The notes beneath the pieces were generated by a model, which saw only the letters and a list, made by a program, of their open reading frames with translations, was not told the DNA's origin and ran no database searches. A stretch of 63,951 nt of DNA, filler included, from Dicyema japonicum (lineage: Eukaryota; Animalia; Dicyemida): the NCBI GenBank assembly GCA_011109175.1. It is 5 parts of 5 records of this genome, joined end to end, with 100 filler letters (N's around TTAATTAATTAA, not from the genome) between each part and the next. Parts side by side here need not be neighbours in the genome. Positions count along the whole stretch, not along the records: positions 9,810 to 37,396 come from RDEW01000137.1; positions 37,497 to 52,630 come from RDEW01000136.1; 3 more parts are not named here. One strand, given 5' to 3'. Numbering within the stretch: position 1 is the stretch's first letter; the number at the start of each line of letters is the position of its first letter. Positions 24,851 through 38,429 of this stretch are shown here, one piece after another. Position numbers and translations under genes: made by a program.

Positions 24851-25086
24851 GTTATAAATTTCAAAATCTGATTGATTTTTAAAATATGGCTTGGAAAAAG
24901 TTGGGGCTTAAAGGAGTTCTCGTCGAGTTAGGGCTGGCTTTAAAATTAAGACTTTGTAAACGTTAGGGTTATAAATTTCAAAATCTGATTGGTTTTTAAA
25001 ATAGGGCTTGGAAAAAGTTAGGGCTTAAAGGAGTTCTCGTCGAGTTAGGGGTGGCTTTAAAATTAAGACTTTGTAAACGTTAGAGT
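24851..25086. repeat. About 118-bp tandem duplication containing GTTAGGG motifs
   Basis: GTTATAAATTTCAAAATCTG at 24851 and about 24968; several TTAGGG per unit. Confidence 0.85.
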
Positions 25087-25089
25087 TAA

Positions 25090-25245
25090 GTGCCCCTGAG
25101 CGTCTCCAAATCCAATTGAAAATTCCAACTGACTTGGAGGACCCTATAACGCCACGTTAAGATCCGGAAGTAGAAAGTAGCCTCCTTCGGATACGAACTC
25201 ACGACTGCCGTAATCTAATATCCATAGCATACTCTTCAGCCAATT
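25090..25245 (-). mobile_element. Possible tRNA-derived SINE head
   Basis: TGGCTGAAGAGT (degenerate box A) and GAGTTCGTATCC (box B) at tRNA-like spacing. Confidence 0.4.
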
Positions 25246-25555
25246 CAAATTTGTAGTTTTTTCGAAAATAAAAGTGATTAAAAATGATTATTTTAAATGG
25301 AAAATCTCTAAAAGTAATAANNNNNNNNNNNNNNNNNNNNNNNNNNNNNNNNNNNNNNNNNNNNNNNNNNNNNNNNNNNNNNNNNNNNNNNNNNNNNNNN
25401 NNNNNNNNNNNNNNNNNNNNNNNNNNNNNNNNNNNNNNNNNNNNNNNNNNNNNNNNNNNNNNNNNNNNNNNNNNNNNNNNNNNNNNNNNNNNNNNNNNAA
25501 GAAGAAGAATATGGTTTATTGATACAATAGCCCAAAAAGAAAAGTGGCCAAGGAA

Positions 25556-27469
25556 GTAGCGCTAGGGGGCTTGAGAACGAGAACCACTAAGGTCTCAACT
25601 CCGGTTTTGCCCCGGAAGATTGTTCTTATCTCCCTCCACGAACTCGGGTTTTGAACAGGATCGCGTCTATCGAGTAGCACTAGGGGGCTTGAGAACGAGA
25701 ACCACGAAGGTCTCAACTCCGGTTTTGCCCCGGAAGATTGCTCTTATCTCCCTCCACGAACTCGGGTTTTGAACAGGATCGCGTCTATCGTGGTAATACT
25801 CCGCTCATGCAAGTCCTGCAGCGGACTGCTGAGCTCCAGGCCGAATGCCAGTTTGATGGCAAATCGTCTGGTTTTCTCGAGTTTGGCGGTGAGAAGATCA
25901 CTTTCGTCCGTTTGGTACCATCCCTCCGAACCGTAAAGTAATAGTGGCTGAACACAGGTCTGGAAAACGTATAGGAACGTTTCTGTGCTTAGACGGAAAC
26001 GCCTTAGTCCTTTTAGGATTTTCGCGCCTTGTTTCCGCTTTTCGTGCACATGTAGTTTGTAGGACCCTTTGGAGTCTACTGTTACTCCCAAGTAGCGTAG
26101 GTTCTGCGATATAATCAGGTTCCCGTAATCTTCGAACGTCGGTTTTTTGTCACGACCCATCGAAATCCAACAAATAGTGCTTTTGTCCCGTGCGAGATTC
26201 AAGCCTTTACCATTGCACCAGATTTCAAGTTCCTCCAAGTACGGTTCTAGTCTGCTCCAGGACAACCTTCGTCTGTGTCGGGGTCCCCACATCGAGACAT
26301 CCGTAACCAAGATATCGTCCGCGTAGATAATCAGTTTGCTCGTAGGAAAATGCGGTTTCGGGACGTCGGCCAGAAATATATTGAAGAGCAAGGGGCTGAG
26401 AACTGATCCCTGAGGGACCCCTCTCCTCAGGTACACGGCCTTCGATAACAAATTTCCACAACGAATGAACGATTTTCTCTTGCACAAGAAATCCTCTAGC
26501 CATCTGACAGTTCTCCGCCCAGCACCCGATTCCGCCACTTTCTCTAACAGCCCAAAGTGCCAGACACTGTCAAAGGCCTTGCAGACGTCCAAGCAAACCG
26601 CCGTTAGGCAAGCTTTATGGAGTTTGGCCCGAGACAGTTCTTCCTCAAGAAGTGTGAAACAGTGACCGGTTGATCGACCGGGTCTGAATCCCCACTGTTC
26701 TTCCGCGAGTATATTATTTTGCTCCACGAAAGCCGATAAACGATTGAAAATGATTCTTTCCATTATCTTCGAGGTTGAGCAGATAAGGCTAATTGGCCTA
26801 TAGCTTCCTGCCTGCGTATTCGGTTTTCCAGGTTTTGGGATCATTCGGACGATTGTTCGTTTCCAGCCAGATGGGACGTGACCATTGTCCCAACTGGCAT
26901 TGAAGAGTTTAACCAGGATACCAAGCAGGCATCCGGGTGCCTTCTTGAACATCTCCATGGGGATGAAGTCAAATCCAGGTGCATTGTTCTTGCAACCTCT
27001 GATTGCTTCGATCGTCTCTTCCATGGTTATTTCCCTACACAAGGGTCCATCCAATACATCTTTTGAGCGGGAATTTCGAGTCGAATCCTCGAATACTTCC
27101 CGAGGCAAGATTGTCGAAGGGTCCACCTCCTGAATCCCTGCTAGCTGCTGGCGGAAGACCTCCGGGACTTCCTCAGTAGGAACAAAGGCTCCATCCACCG
27201 ATTTAAGTGTGATTTCCTCACCCTTCGCCTCCGTCCCGCTCATTATTTTGAATACCTTCCAGAATTTTGGATTTTTCTTGTTCAGTTTTAAACATTCTCT
27301 CTTCCATGCCGCATCTGTGTTAGCTTTAGTCAGCTCATCGATCTGACTCTTCAGGGTGCTGATTCTTGTATTTAGACTTCGGGAGTCCTCAGATTCGAAA
27401 CACCTCCTTCTTTTGCTTTCTAGTCGCGCCTTGTCCCTGACTAGCTCAGATAGTCTAGTTTCGGTCCTC
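25556..27469 (-). mobile_element. APE-type LINE, intact RT domain, 3' end tandemly duplicated (118 bp)
   Basis: 499-aa ORF: APGFD, YRPISL, QWGFRPGRST, LDVCKAFDSV, GVPQGSVLSPLLFN, YADD, YLGV. Confidence 0.92.
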
Positions 27470-30179
27470 NTGTTATTCCAACAAACAGTATACGCGATTC
27501 ATTGAGGTAACAGATGTTAATTATTGCTAGGAAAGAACACTTCCCAACCAGTTTCACCCACGTAAGGATTTGTCTAAAAGTGAATTTATCCGGAAAAAGA
27601 TTCATATTGAATTCGATATTTTTGAAAAATCATCGCAGTGAAAGAAAACTCAGGGATGGTAGAGACATTAATTGTATCTGGTTTTGGAACAACACCAATA
27701 AAAATGGATGTCTCTACCATCGGTCTTCGAGGGGATGATGTCGCGGAGTACGATTCACGGTATATATTAGAAATCAATATTCTAGATTTCGACAAAATAA
27801 AAATTGATCGAAAAAGTCTGCCATTGGACTCTCCCAGAACTGTCTTGAATACGCTGCATACAAGAAGGCAAGTACGGGGGGAACTTCAATAGTTTAGTTT
27901 GTGTCGTCAAAGAGGTGTACTAAAATAGGATCGTGGAAGTTATTCCATTCCATGTTGAAAGGACCCACCCCTTGATTATGCATGGAATAAGGCGAATCTG
28001 ATGGCTGAGGATGTGCAAACAAAACCATCCAAAAATATAAGCAAATCAGGAGGTGTTAATATCCATGTGCGTGTAAAATATGCACGAATGATTGTTTGTT
28101 TATATTAATCGATGGGAAAAAGTAGTGATACAAGTAAAATAACATTTTCAGTCGATAAATACAACTTTCGTGGTTTAACCAGAATAATGAATTTGAAATA
28201 GCAGGATTTCTAGAACACCCGGTATTAAAAATTAGAAAAACACAAAAATTGAAGAATCGAATGAATATCAATAATATAAAATGAAAATATGTTATGTATT
28301 GTAAAAACAGAAAATATGTGATAACAACAACAAACAATAGCGACAAAAGTACCACGTTATAAATATTATTTTAATTAGGTTAACCATAAAAAATAATTTA
28401 AAGATTTTTTAGATAATATTTTCATTAATGAAAGACGTCGTTTTTTGTATAAAATAAGAGATCCGGTACTGTTTTTTTGATTCGATCTTTGAGACTTTGT
28501 AGTCAAGGACTATTCCTAAATGTTGAGGGTTATATCGTGGAACGTTAAAGGGATTTGGTTGATGATAGTTTCGGCTGTTTGTGGAAGGTAGGTTAGATCT
28601 GCTTATTCCAAATTGGAAAGAAATTTGGAGTGAAATAGATTACTGTGAATTGTGAACTCCTATAAAGAGATCAGTATTCAATAGTGAGGTAAGTTGAGTT
28701 AGACTGATTAATTTCGCATTTGTGACTATTCTTGTGAACACCAAAATAAACAAAGAGTACTTAAAAAGACTGTTTCGTTGATCCACATTATTTGTAGACC
28801 AAATGCTAATAGCTTTGCAAGACAATTTGAGGAACGTGGATATAGCTGTTCTTCCTATTTCCTTACGATCGAGATTGTAGGAAAAATATTTGTTCAGGTT
28901 TCTTGTCTGTTCAGAAAAGGCAACCATAGTGGGAACTTTCAGCAGCAAGAAAATTTATTAAGTAGAAAAGTTGAATGAGAGTCGAGTTTGGGGACTTTGA
29001 TGCTAATACGTTTCCCGGGTCTGCCTTAGCGGACAATGTCATACCTCTTCCTTCTTGGAGACTTTACTGTAAATGCGGATATTTGCTGGCTATTCCGATG
29101 TGGTCAAGACATGTCTCCGGACGCACTGACATGTTACTTCACCATCCTTCTTTCCACTCATGAAAGGAACGGAGAGGCAGTCCCCATACGCTGAGAGAGG
29201 ACGTGGGAATATATTCTGGTTCCAATTGGTTCCCTATCTGAGCAAATATGCTTGAGTCTGTTCATTGGGACAAACTTTCATGTTCTAAGTAGCACTTCCA
29301 TGTAATAAATATAGTTTCCTTGTGGACATCCTGGTCCATCTGTAATATCAATATACAAGTCACTCTCTTTGAAGACCAGAATGCACTCTTTACTTCCTAT
29401 TGGAGATTGGAATCCAATAACCAGGAGAGCACAAAATGGAAAAGTGCCTTGGAAATCACGTGGATTACATACTAGTCTAAAAAGACCCCAAAATAGACCA
29501 CAGTCTTATGTCCTATTTGCTAATTAGTATTTACACCACATAATTAATGCACAAGTCGTTAGATAGCGGACAAGTTGGTAGTCAGATATTAACACAGTGG
29601 ATTAGAAATGCACAAATTCAAATTTTAGTTAGTAGTGATCCCAACTAAGCCACCCTCCAATAGATGAGGACTTCCCGGGGAATTCAAACTTGTCGTTTTG
29701 GGATATGCACGTATATAAGTTAGATTTCGGTAAATGTTGGTAGTTTTTGAATTCCCGATCTTATTGCAAATTGGAAGGTCTCTTTACACTGTGATATTGA
29801 AATCCTTTTTACAGTTGGATACCATTTTGACTACATATTTATGTGACTTTTTTGTTATGTTTTTGTCGTCGATTTTGATGATTCAATCATTGACTCGTAG
29901 ACCACATCTTTCCACTAACGAATTGGGGATAATCCCGGATATTATATGTAATCCAAGAGGCGAGTCAATGTAGAACCCGTACATATACTTGGGATATCTA
30001 AACGTAACCTTAATATCAATCATAGTCAGCCACTCTATTATAACATTTTGTATCAAACTTCAAATTAAAAATAATTAACAGACTAAGAGAGGTCAATTTC
30101 TTTTACAATGAAACAGTCAGTTAGGAAAGCCATAGCTAAATGTAATTTCAAAGCTGCCAATACATCAGAGTTGACACAT

Positions 30180-32086
30180 CGATGATGCAAGTGTCGATCA
30201 CTCCTTTAATTACCGATGGATCGGCCAGTGCAATGCTGAAGAGCAGTAGCGTATCCAAACTGGTATCCTCGGGGAGGGCAGTGACCACCGAATTGTCCAA
30301 AAATGAGGTCAGGGAGCTGGAGAAGTCACTCGAATATGAACGGACGTGGCGAATGCAGGTTTATTTGTGCAGTCACCCAACAGAACGACAAATTATTGGC
30401 CGAATGTCAACTCCAAGTGTCCAACCTGACTGGGGAAGTGAAGGACATGGAGGAGTCCTTGAATATGCGGGTATATCCCTTCAATTACACAAGGACAAAC
30501 AAATCTCATGTCAACTCCAAGTGTCCAACCTGACTGGGGAAGTGAAGGACATGGAGGAGTCCTTGAATATGCGGGTATATCCCTTCAATTACACAAGAAC
30601 AAACAAATCTCTGCCAAAGATGCCGAGATTGTCAAATTGAAGAGACAAATCGAGGACAGTGTCGAGTCGAGGGAAGAATTTGAACAAAATTGTCGATGAA
30701 ACAACCGGGACCTGATCAGTTCTTTGCAAAATAAGTTCGATTCAGTGAACAGGTCAAGAATCAAGTTTGCGTGTGCTTAACACGAACAAGACTGGCCAAG
30801 GAGAAGAGCGTGGTCCTCACCGACTTGAAAGAAGCCAACCAATACCTAGACCTGACCGTCCACTCCAAAGTACCCCTGTGACGTCACTGACAGACAAAAT
30901 TGGATTCGAGGGTCGAGGAGTTGGCGGCTGAGATCAAAGGACTTAAAAAAGAGAATTCTGAGATTGTCCACGACTCACAAGTTTCTCAACATGAAAAGTC
31001 GTCCTTGCAGAAGGAGAACTCAAATTTTGTCAAAAAAGTGGGGGAGGTCGAGTCAAAGCTTGCNACAGACAAAATTGGAGTCGAGGGTCGAGGAGTTGGC
31101 GGCTGAGATCAAAGGACTTAAAAAAGAGAATTCTGAGATTGTGCACGACTCACAAGTCCTCCAACATGAAAAATTGTCCTTTCAGAAGGAGAACTCCAAT
31201 TTTGTCAAAAAAGTTGGGGAGGTCGAGTCAAGGCTCGCCCAGTCCACCCACCAGAAAGTTAAATTGGAAAAGTCATCGCAGGAATTGACCAAAAAATACG
31301 AAAAACAGACAAATGTAGCACAACTGTCATGTTTTTTGCAGAAATCGGTTTATTTGTCGAACGTGAACTCAGATCTGATGGCCGAACTGACTCACCTTAA
31401 AGACACTCTGCAAAACGTTGAAAAAGACGAATCGAATACTAAAAATTTGTTGGTCAACGCCACCAACGAACTGGAAAACCTGCGAATCAAAAATCGGCAG
31501 GAAATGGACAACCTGGAAGTAGAAATGGAGACACTCAAGTTATATTACTCATAACCCTCGAAGGAAGAGGAATCTGAGCCTTGTAAGTGAATGTGAGGAC
31601 TGCAAGGAAACCATCAAGTCCAAACTAGTCAAAGTGGAACGAGAGAAAGCACAGCTTTTGCACGAGTTTGCTGAGTTGTCCAATGACTTTGACAATGTCA
31701 GGTTATGCCAAATAGTCACTTTCAGTTCCGCCCACTCGTCCCTGCAGAAACAACTCCGGGAGTGGTCTGTCCGCGAGGAGGAAAGGACTGGCCGTGTCTC
31801 TGAGTTGGAGGACGAACTCAACCTCGCCAAGAACTCGTCAGCAACTCTGACTCACAGTCTGAAACAGTGCGAGTCTCAAGTCGAATGTGTGGAAAAAGAG
31901 AACCGAGCATTGGCCAGTCAGGCAATATCACTGACAGGTCCCACTCAGGGATATTCCTAGAGAATATAACCAGTCTCGACCAGTCCCTTAAAATGATGGA
32001 ACAAACCAGTTCTGAGCTCAAGGGGACCTGTCATGTCCTCCAAATGGACAACAAGGCGCTCTCAGAACAGCTCAGAGAATCGGAAA
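30180..32086 (+). pseudogene. Long coiled-coil protein gene, frameshifted or mis-assembled
   Basis: Heptad-rich E/K/L/Q ORFs (30964-31554, 31634-31960); 104-bp tandem duplication at 30404/30508; duplication around N31064. Confidence 0.5.
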
Positions 32087-32679
32087 NNNNNNNNNNNNNN
32101 NNNNNNNNNNNNNNNNNNNNNNNNNNNNNNNNNNNNNNNNNNNNNNNNNNNNNNNNNNNNNNNNNNNNNNNNNNNNNNNNNNNNNNNNNNNNNNNNNNNN
32201 NNNNNNNNNNNNNNNNNNNNNNNNNNNNNNNNNNNNNNNNNNNNNNNNNNNNNNNNNNNNNNNNNNNNNNNNNNNNNNNNNNNNNNNNNNNNNNNNNNNN
32301 NNNNNNNNNNNNNNNNNNNNNNNNNNNNNNNNNNNNNNNNNNNNNNNNNNNNNNNNNNNNNNNNNNNNNNNNNNNNNNNNNNNNNNNNNNNNNNNNNNNN
32401 NNNNNNNNNNNNNNNNNNNNNNNNNNNNNNNNNNNNNNNNNNNNNNNNNNNNNNNNNNNNNNNNNNNNNNNNNNNNNNNNNNNNNNNNNNNNNNNNNNNN
32501 NNNNNNNNNNNNNNNAATGTCTAACCAATGAGTTATTCACAATAAAATATGACCTTTATTCTAATGCTCGCACTTGTCCTACTTTTTGTTCACGTAGTGA
32601 TCCAAAGTGACTGTGTCTTGACAAATGGGTTTTTAAAGAATTGCTTAATTTAAATTAGGTTAATGAAAAACTGTACTTT

Positions 32680-35600
32680 CAATAGAGAAAATGATGGGGA
32701 AGATCCAGTATTTATTGCAATTTATGGAGGCGTTACATTTCCCAAAGGAGAAATATTCTCCAATTTAACTAACTTGGAAAAATTGTAATCAACATTTCTT
32801 TAATACCAGTGGGTGTTTAGGAGACTCATTAAAGAAAATACTAAACAACTCATTTGACGAGTTGGGTAATTTAAAGTAAATGTATATTCAAATATTTTGA
32901 ATCATTAGAGATCTGCTTTGCTGTATAGACATGGGTTACGTGGATGTGGACGCATTTGCACGTCTAAGGAGTTTACAACCTCTGTAAAAATCTTATTCTA
33001 ACATTAAAGTTTAATGCCAGATAATGCAATTTTTCAGTCGCCCAAAATGCCATTTTTCAGCCAAACAAGTATGCGACTAAACATTTAGTATTTTAAATTA
33101 TTCACTGTGTAGTATCTATGTGGAGCAGAAAATTTGCCTGTTCTCTGAGGGGTCCCAACCCACAATGTATACTTTGATATTCTCATATAAGGATTACGAA
33201 AGTTACGAATCTTTTTTCCTCCATGGGCATCATCTTAACTGACGAAAGTGTGATAATAGGAGTAAATTCATCTCTCGAGGCAACACTTAAAACGGGGGAA
33301 GCATTTGGTGAGTTAGTTTACTCACAATAGATTGCAACCCCTGCGTCAACCCAGTTTCAAGAAATATGATTTGCAGAGATGAGTGTACCTAATAAAATAT
33401 TCGGATGTCGCTAATTAACTAACCGGATTCATTCCAATATTTCCTTGTTATACTTCTTATCTCAAATTAGTGTTACATGCAGTAGTCAAAGTCAAAGATA
33501 CATCATGATCTCTTAATGTTGAGCACTAAGATTCGGCTCTCTGTGAAATGACCTTCTCGATTGTCAATCCCGAATTGGCATCTTAATCCTGGAATGGGCA
33601 GCTTTTGTTTAGAATAGAGGAGGTTTAGATAATTATTTCTCACAGTCCTGTTAAGCAGAGATTCTTTTAATAGGTTCTGCATTGACATTAATGTGATTGA
33701 TTATTCATTATGAATTTATAATATTTCCTTTTCCTAATTAATGTAATATCCACTTATTCTTCCCAATTAGTGCTACAAGCAGTATTCACATTTAAGGCAG
33801 ACTTTCCGTTAGAGATATCCATGTAAATCCGTTTCTGCTTTTTTTACTTTTCCTTTTCATAATTTGGGTAAATGTAATATCACTTTTTATTCCCACTTAT
33901 ATTGATATGACTGATGTGACATAAGAACGACCGTANCAGCCGGGAAAGGCATGCCATCCAGATGTGTATGCACTGACCGTCGAGAAAAAGGATCTCAAAC
34001 TCAGAATTGAAAATAAGAACGACCGTAGCAACAAACATGCACTGAAGAATGAACGTGCCAGAATACAACGACGCATCAAAAAAGTGAACCGCCAGCATGG
34101 TCTGGACTTCCTGGAGTCTTTTGTAAGGGAAATCGAAGAACTCAATGGCGGCGCACAAATTTTTCAGGCTNACTGATGTGACATAAGAACGACCGTAGCA
34201 ACAGATCTGCACTGAAGAATGAACGTGCCAGAATACAACGACGCATCAAAAAATTGAACCGCCAGCACGGTCTGGACACCATGGAGTCTTTTGTAAGGGA
34301 AATCGAAAAACTCAAGGACGGCGCACAAATGTTTCAGGCCATGCGATTACTTAAAAGAAGAAAACACAGTAAACTCAAAATCATCGGTGGCACAGGAAAT
34401 ATTATTCGCGACTCCACTGTTCAAACCGAACTAATAGCCAATCATTTCGAAAATCAGTTCAAATTAACCACCGAGGACATTCCACCTTTTACTGGCACAG
34501 CCACACACCTCGACAGGCCCATCACAGTGGAGGAGGTCGCCCGAGCTGCTAGCAAACTCAAGAACTCACTGTGCAGACATGGGTTACGTGGATGTGGACG
34601 CATTTGACGTCTAGAGAGTTTAGAAGCTCTGTAAAAATCTCATACTAATATTAAAGTTTCATGCCACTAAATGCCACCTTTCAGTCGCCAAAAATCAGCA
34701 GTACGCGAGTAAACATTCGGTATTTTAAATTATTCACTGTGTAGTATCTTTTGGGGGCAGAAAATTTGCATGTTCCCTAAGGGTTCCCAACCTACAATGT
34801 ATACTTTGATATTCTCATATAAGGATTACGAAAGTGACGTATAAGGGTAATCCGCTCGAAATCTTATTAACTGAAAAAAGTCAGAAAATAAAAGCAGAAG
34901 CTGAAAAAAAGGAGGCAGCCGTAAAAACAATGGAAGCCTATGGTGGGTTAGTTTACTCACAATAGTTTGCAACCTCTGCAGACATTTCGTCTCCCGAAAT
35001 ATGTTATGCAGAAGGGAATGTGCATAAGAAATTATGAAAATGTCGTTAATTGTCGCGCGCAATGGATGAAACGCGTGCCTAAAGTGAAACGCTGTGACCT
35101 TGAGAAAACCACAGAAAACCTCGAAAATAAAATTAGCAATCNGAATGTGCGTAAGAAATTATGCAAATGTCGTTAATTAACTAACCGGATTATTCTCTTT
35201 AATATTTCCTTGTTCCACTTAATTTTCCCTGCATTGACATTAATGTGATTGATTATTCAATCCAATATTTCCTTGTTCCACTTCTTATCTCTAATTAGTG
35301 TTACATGCAGTAGTCATAGTTAAATATAAACTCCACTTGGATCGAAAAGCTCGTTTTAAATCAATTTATAGAAACACAAAGAAGCTCAAAACAGAAAATT
35401 AAAGAAATAATAGCAGTTAAAAGCCGTTGATATGCATCAGAGCCGAGAATTACATCATGATTGTACAAAAAAGCTCCTGGGTGGGACTTGTATTCAAAAA
35501 TATAAACTCTTATTTTTTCGAGCACTAAGATTTGGGCCTCTGTAAAATGACCTTCTCGATTGTAATCCCCATTGGTATCTTAATTTTTATTTACCCTCTA

Positions 35601-35790
35601 GCACATTGGACTTATCAATCAGGCAGGAATTGCGCCTTTTTGGCCAATNTCTTATTTTTTTCGAGCACTAAGATTTGGGCCTCTGTAAAATGACCTTCTC
35701 GATTGTAATCCCCATTGGTATCTTAATTTTTATTTACCCTCTAGCACATTGGACTTATCAATCAGGCAGGAATTGCGCCTTTTTGGCCAA
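32680..35790 (+). pseudogene. Two diverged tandem copies of an unidentified gene-like segment, separated by an RTE fragment
   Basis: AGACATGGGTTACGTGGATGTGGACGCATTTG at about 32927 and 34576, with colinear similarity downstream. Confidence 0.55.
33937..34570 (+). mobile_element. RTE-like LINE internal fragment
   Basis: AQMFQAMRLLKR..PITVEEVARAASKLKN, homologous to 5101-5535. Confidence 0.7.
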
Positions 35791-37396
35791 TTTCCTGAAA
35801 TGAGTAATTCTCAATAGCATACTAGATATTTCACGATTTTTTGGTGGTTGATGCATACCTAAAGTCACTCGCGCAATAAAAGGTAAAATCGTTAAAGATT
35901 TGGTTGAAAATAAATTGCCTCAAAGACAAATAGTATTATATTTCGGTTGGGCTTTTTGAAGGCACTGTATCAAGAATTTTCAACCATTTGAACGCTTAGG
36001 CGACGAAACAATACTTGGAAAATTATTATAAAGCGTCGCTCTAAAGGGTCGGATCGTAAATATAATTTTTAATATTTTCCTCTTCCGTTCATTCTCAATG
36101 TGGGTAGTCGGATCCGTCTTATTTGTGGTACCCAACTGAGTTTCCTTCCTTTCTCAATACAAAGTGTCTCCAATTAGTCATATTAGTCTTCTAGGTCATG
36201 TTCTTTTCATCAAAAATCGATTTAGCTTGAAAAACTTGCTGATTGTCTGCAAACGAGAACAAGCTTCTTTAAAAAGTAATGATCGGGTACATTTAGAAAG
36301 ACTCGATCGAACACCAACCACCTTTGGGCATTGAAGATGGCGGAATGTGCCCGAATGGTGAGTATTGGTGTTATAAAACATTCAATAATATTCCAATTAA
36401 CTCGTCATTGTTGTATTCCAGGCAACAGATGACAAGTGCGTGTCTGCCTGACATTATCCACTAACATGTCCGAATGTGTCCACTAAAGGAAAATCCAAAA
36501 AACAAGTCAAAAATTGAGGGTTTATGAAAATGTGGTATTTGAGAGATAATTGGATGTTCAAAATGTGTGAGAAATTAATGATTCGTAAAGAAATGTCATG
36601 TCGGTTATCTCTTGGAGTGTCATCTCATTCTGTTCTACTCGTAGATGTGATTGGGCACTCCAGTTGATTACGTTTTCTGAATAGATTCGACATTCTCCTC
36701 TCACCACATTCACTAATCATCGCCAATTCGTGCTAGTCGTGTGAATTAATGTCATATTTGAATGTGCAGTGCATCTTGTTTGGGTCGTATTGATCACTAC
36801 AACAACAAAATTCCTCAAAAATCGACCACTGCAGAACAGTGGGGACACCCCTGTATTCCAACATAAACCACAGCATACTCAGTCAGGGTATTTTGGGCAA
36901 GTAATTAGCAAAAAATGATGATCAATACAGCAATGATATTCTCACATTGATTTATTTTTTTTGCGCTTAATTAATTGCTATAACTCAACATTCCCGATTT
37001 AACACTTACGAGGAAAATTATGAACTTTGGGAACTCGGGGGGTGATAGGCAAACTGACGGNATTCCAACATAAACCACAGCATACTCAGTCAGGGTATTT
37101 TGGGCAAGTAATTAGCAAAAAATGATGATCAATACAGCAATGATATTCTTACATTGATTTATTTTTTTTGCGCTTAATTAATTGCTATAACTCAACATTC
37201 CCGATTTAACACTTACGAGGAAAATTATGAACTTTGGGAACTCGGGGGGTGATAGGCAGGCTGACGGTGGTCGTGTCAACTGGGAGCAGGACAGGCAGTG
37301 TAGTAGAGATAAGTCACATTATTAGCTCACACTGATGGGAATGTTTATGATAGAATTGGTCTTTCAAATAGAACGGGAGGACAAGGTCGGGGGTTG

Positions 37397-37496
37397 NNNN
37401 NNNNNNNNNNNNNNNNNNNNNNNNNNNNNNNNNNNNNNNNTTAATTAATTAANNNNNNNNNNNNNNNNNNNNNNNNNNNNNNNNNNNNNNNNNNNN
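37397..37496. other. Artificial contig linker
   Basis: N44-TTAATTAATTAA-N44. Confidence 0.97.
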
Positions 37497-38429
37497 ACAC
37501 TGAAAGACTTGTGGGAGCGTCCGACACTCTTTGCAGGACGATTGATGACAGTCGGCCTCCTATATGTTAGTGAGGTCGGGGAAACTTAAGTTATTTAACT
37601 CTATAACTTAAATACGCTATTTAGGATGTCATATTATAACAATTAATATTTAGTTTGATTTCCCCTCTTGGTACTGGTGGAAGGGAAATTTATATTTCTT
37701 TCCATTGTTCCTTATCTTCTCCCGTTCTACTAGAATGATGTCATATGGTACACCAATCTAAGATTTCATTTAGTACCTGGATGGTATAAAAATGATTGCA
37801 GATAACTAAGGACAACTTATTGTTCTCAAGAGGAACAATCATGAATTACGATATTTTCCTTAAATAAAAGACTGACCGACTTTTCATTATCCCAGATTCT
37901 TTACTAAAGACAAATCCCATGTACGAACACCATGAAATACTGTGATTCACTTTCGATTTTCTCGTGATTTTGAAAAAAATCTACATAAAGTTATCTCCTC
38001 GTCACAACGAAAGTTGAACTTTGTAAAAGCACTGTTTGGAGAAAATAAATAGTCATTCTAAGTTTCATATGCACCTGAACTATGATTTTCGTTTTAAACT
38101 ATAAGTCTCGTGAAATTTGGCTGAGAATGAGTCATTTTCAGGAAGTATTGATTTTTCTAATTGTAGACTGAATTCCGTATTTGTCTGTATTAAACAAAGA
38201 TCGTTTTCAACATCAAAAGCCATATCATCAATAAGTTCTGTATCGTATTGTTGCTAAGCGAAATCGACTTAAAAATATTCTGGGAAGGTAGGTGCATTAC
38301 TGTTTTCAGTACTTCATGAATTGATGGGATTATCAGTTCCTTCTTAATTGTGTGCGGTTTCCCCGATTTGGCGATAAGTAAAGCGATGTTATATAATGCA
38401 ACAACGCCATCATCACTACGAATATTTCG

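Noticed and set aside
27500-29400. Short coding-like ORFs, also at 12100-12600, 36400-37750, 62400-62760 and 63350-63951
   Set aside because: No recognisable motif or consistent exon chain could be established by eye
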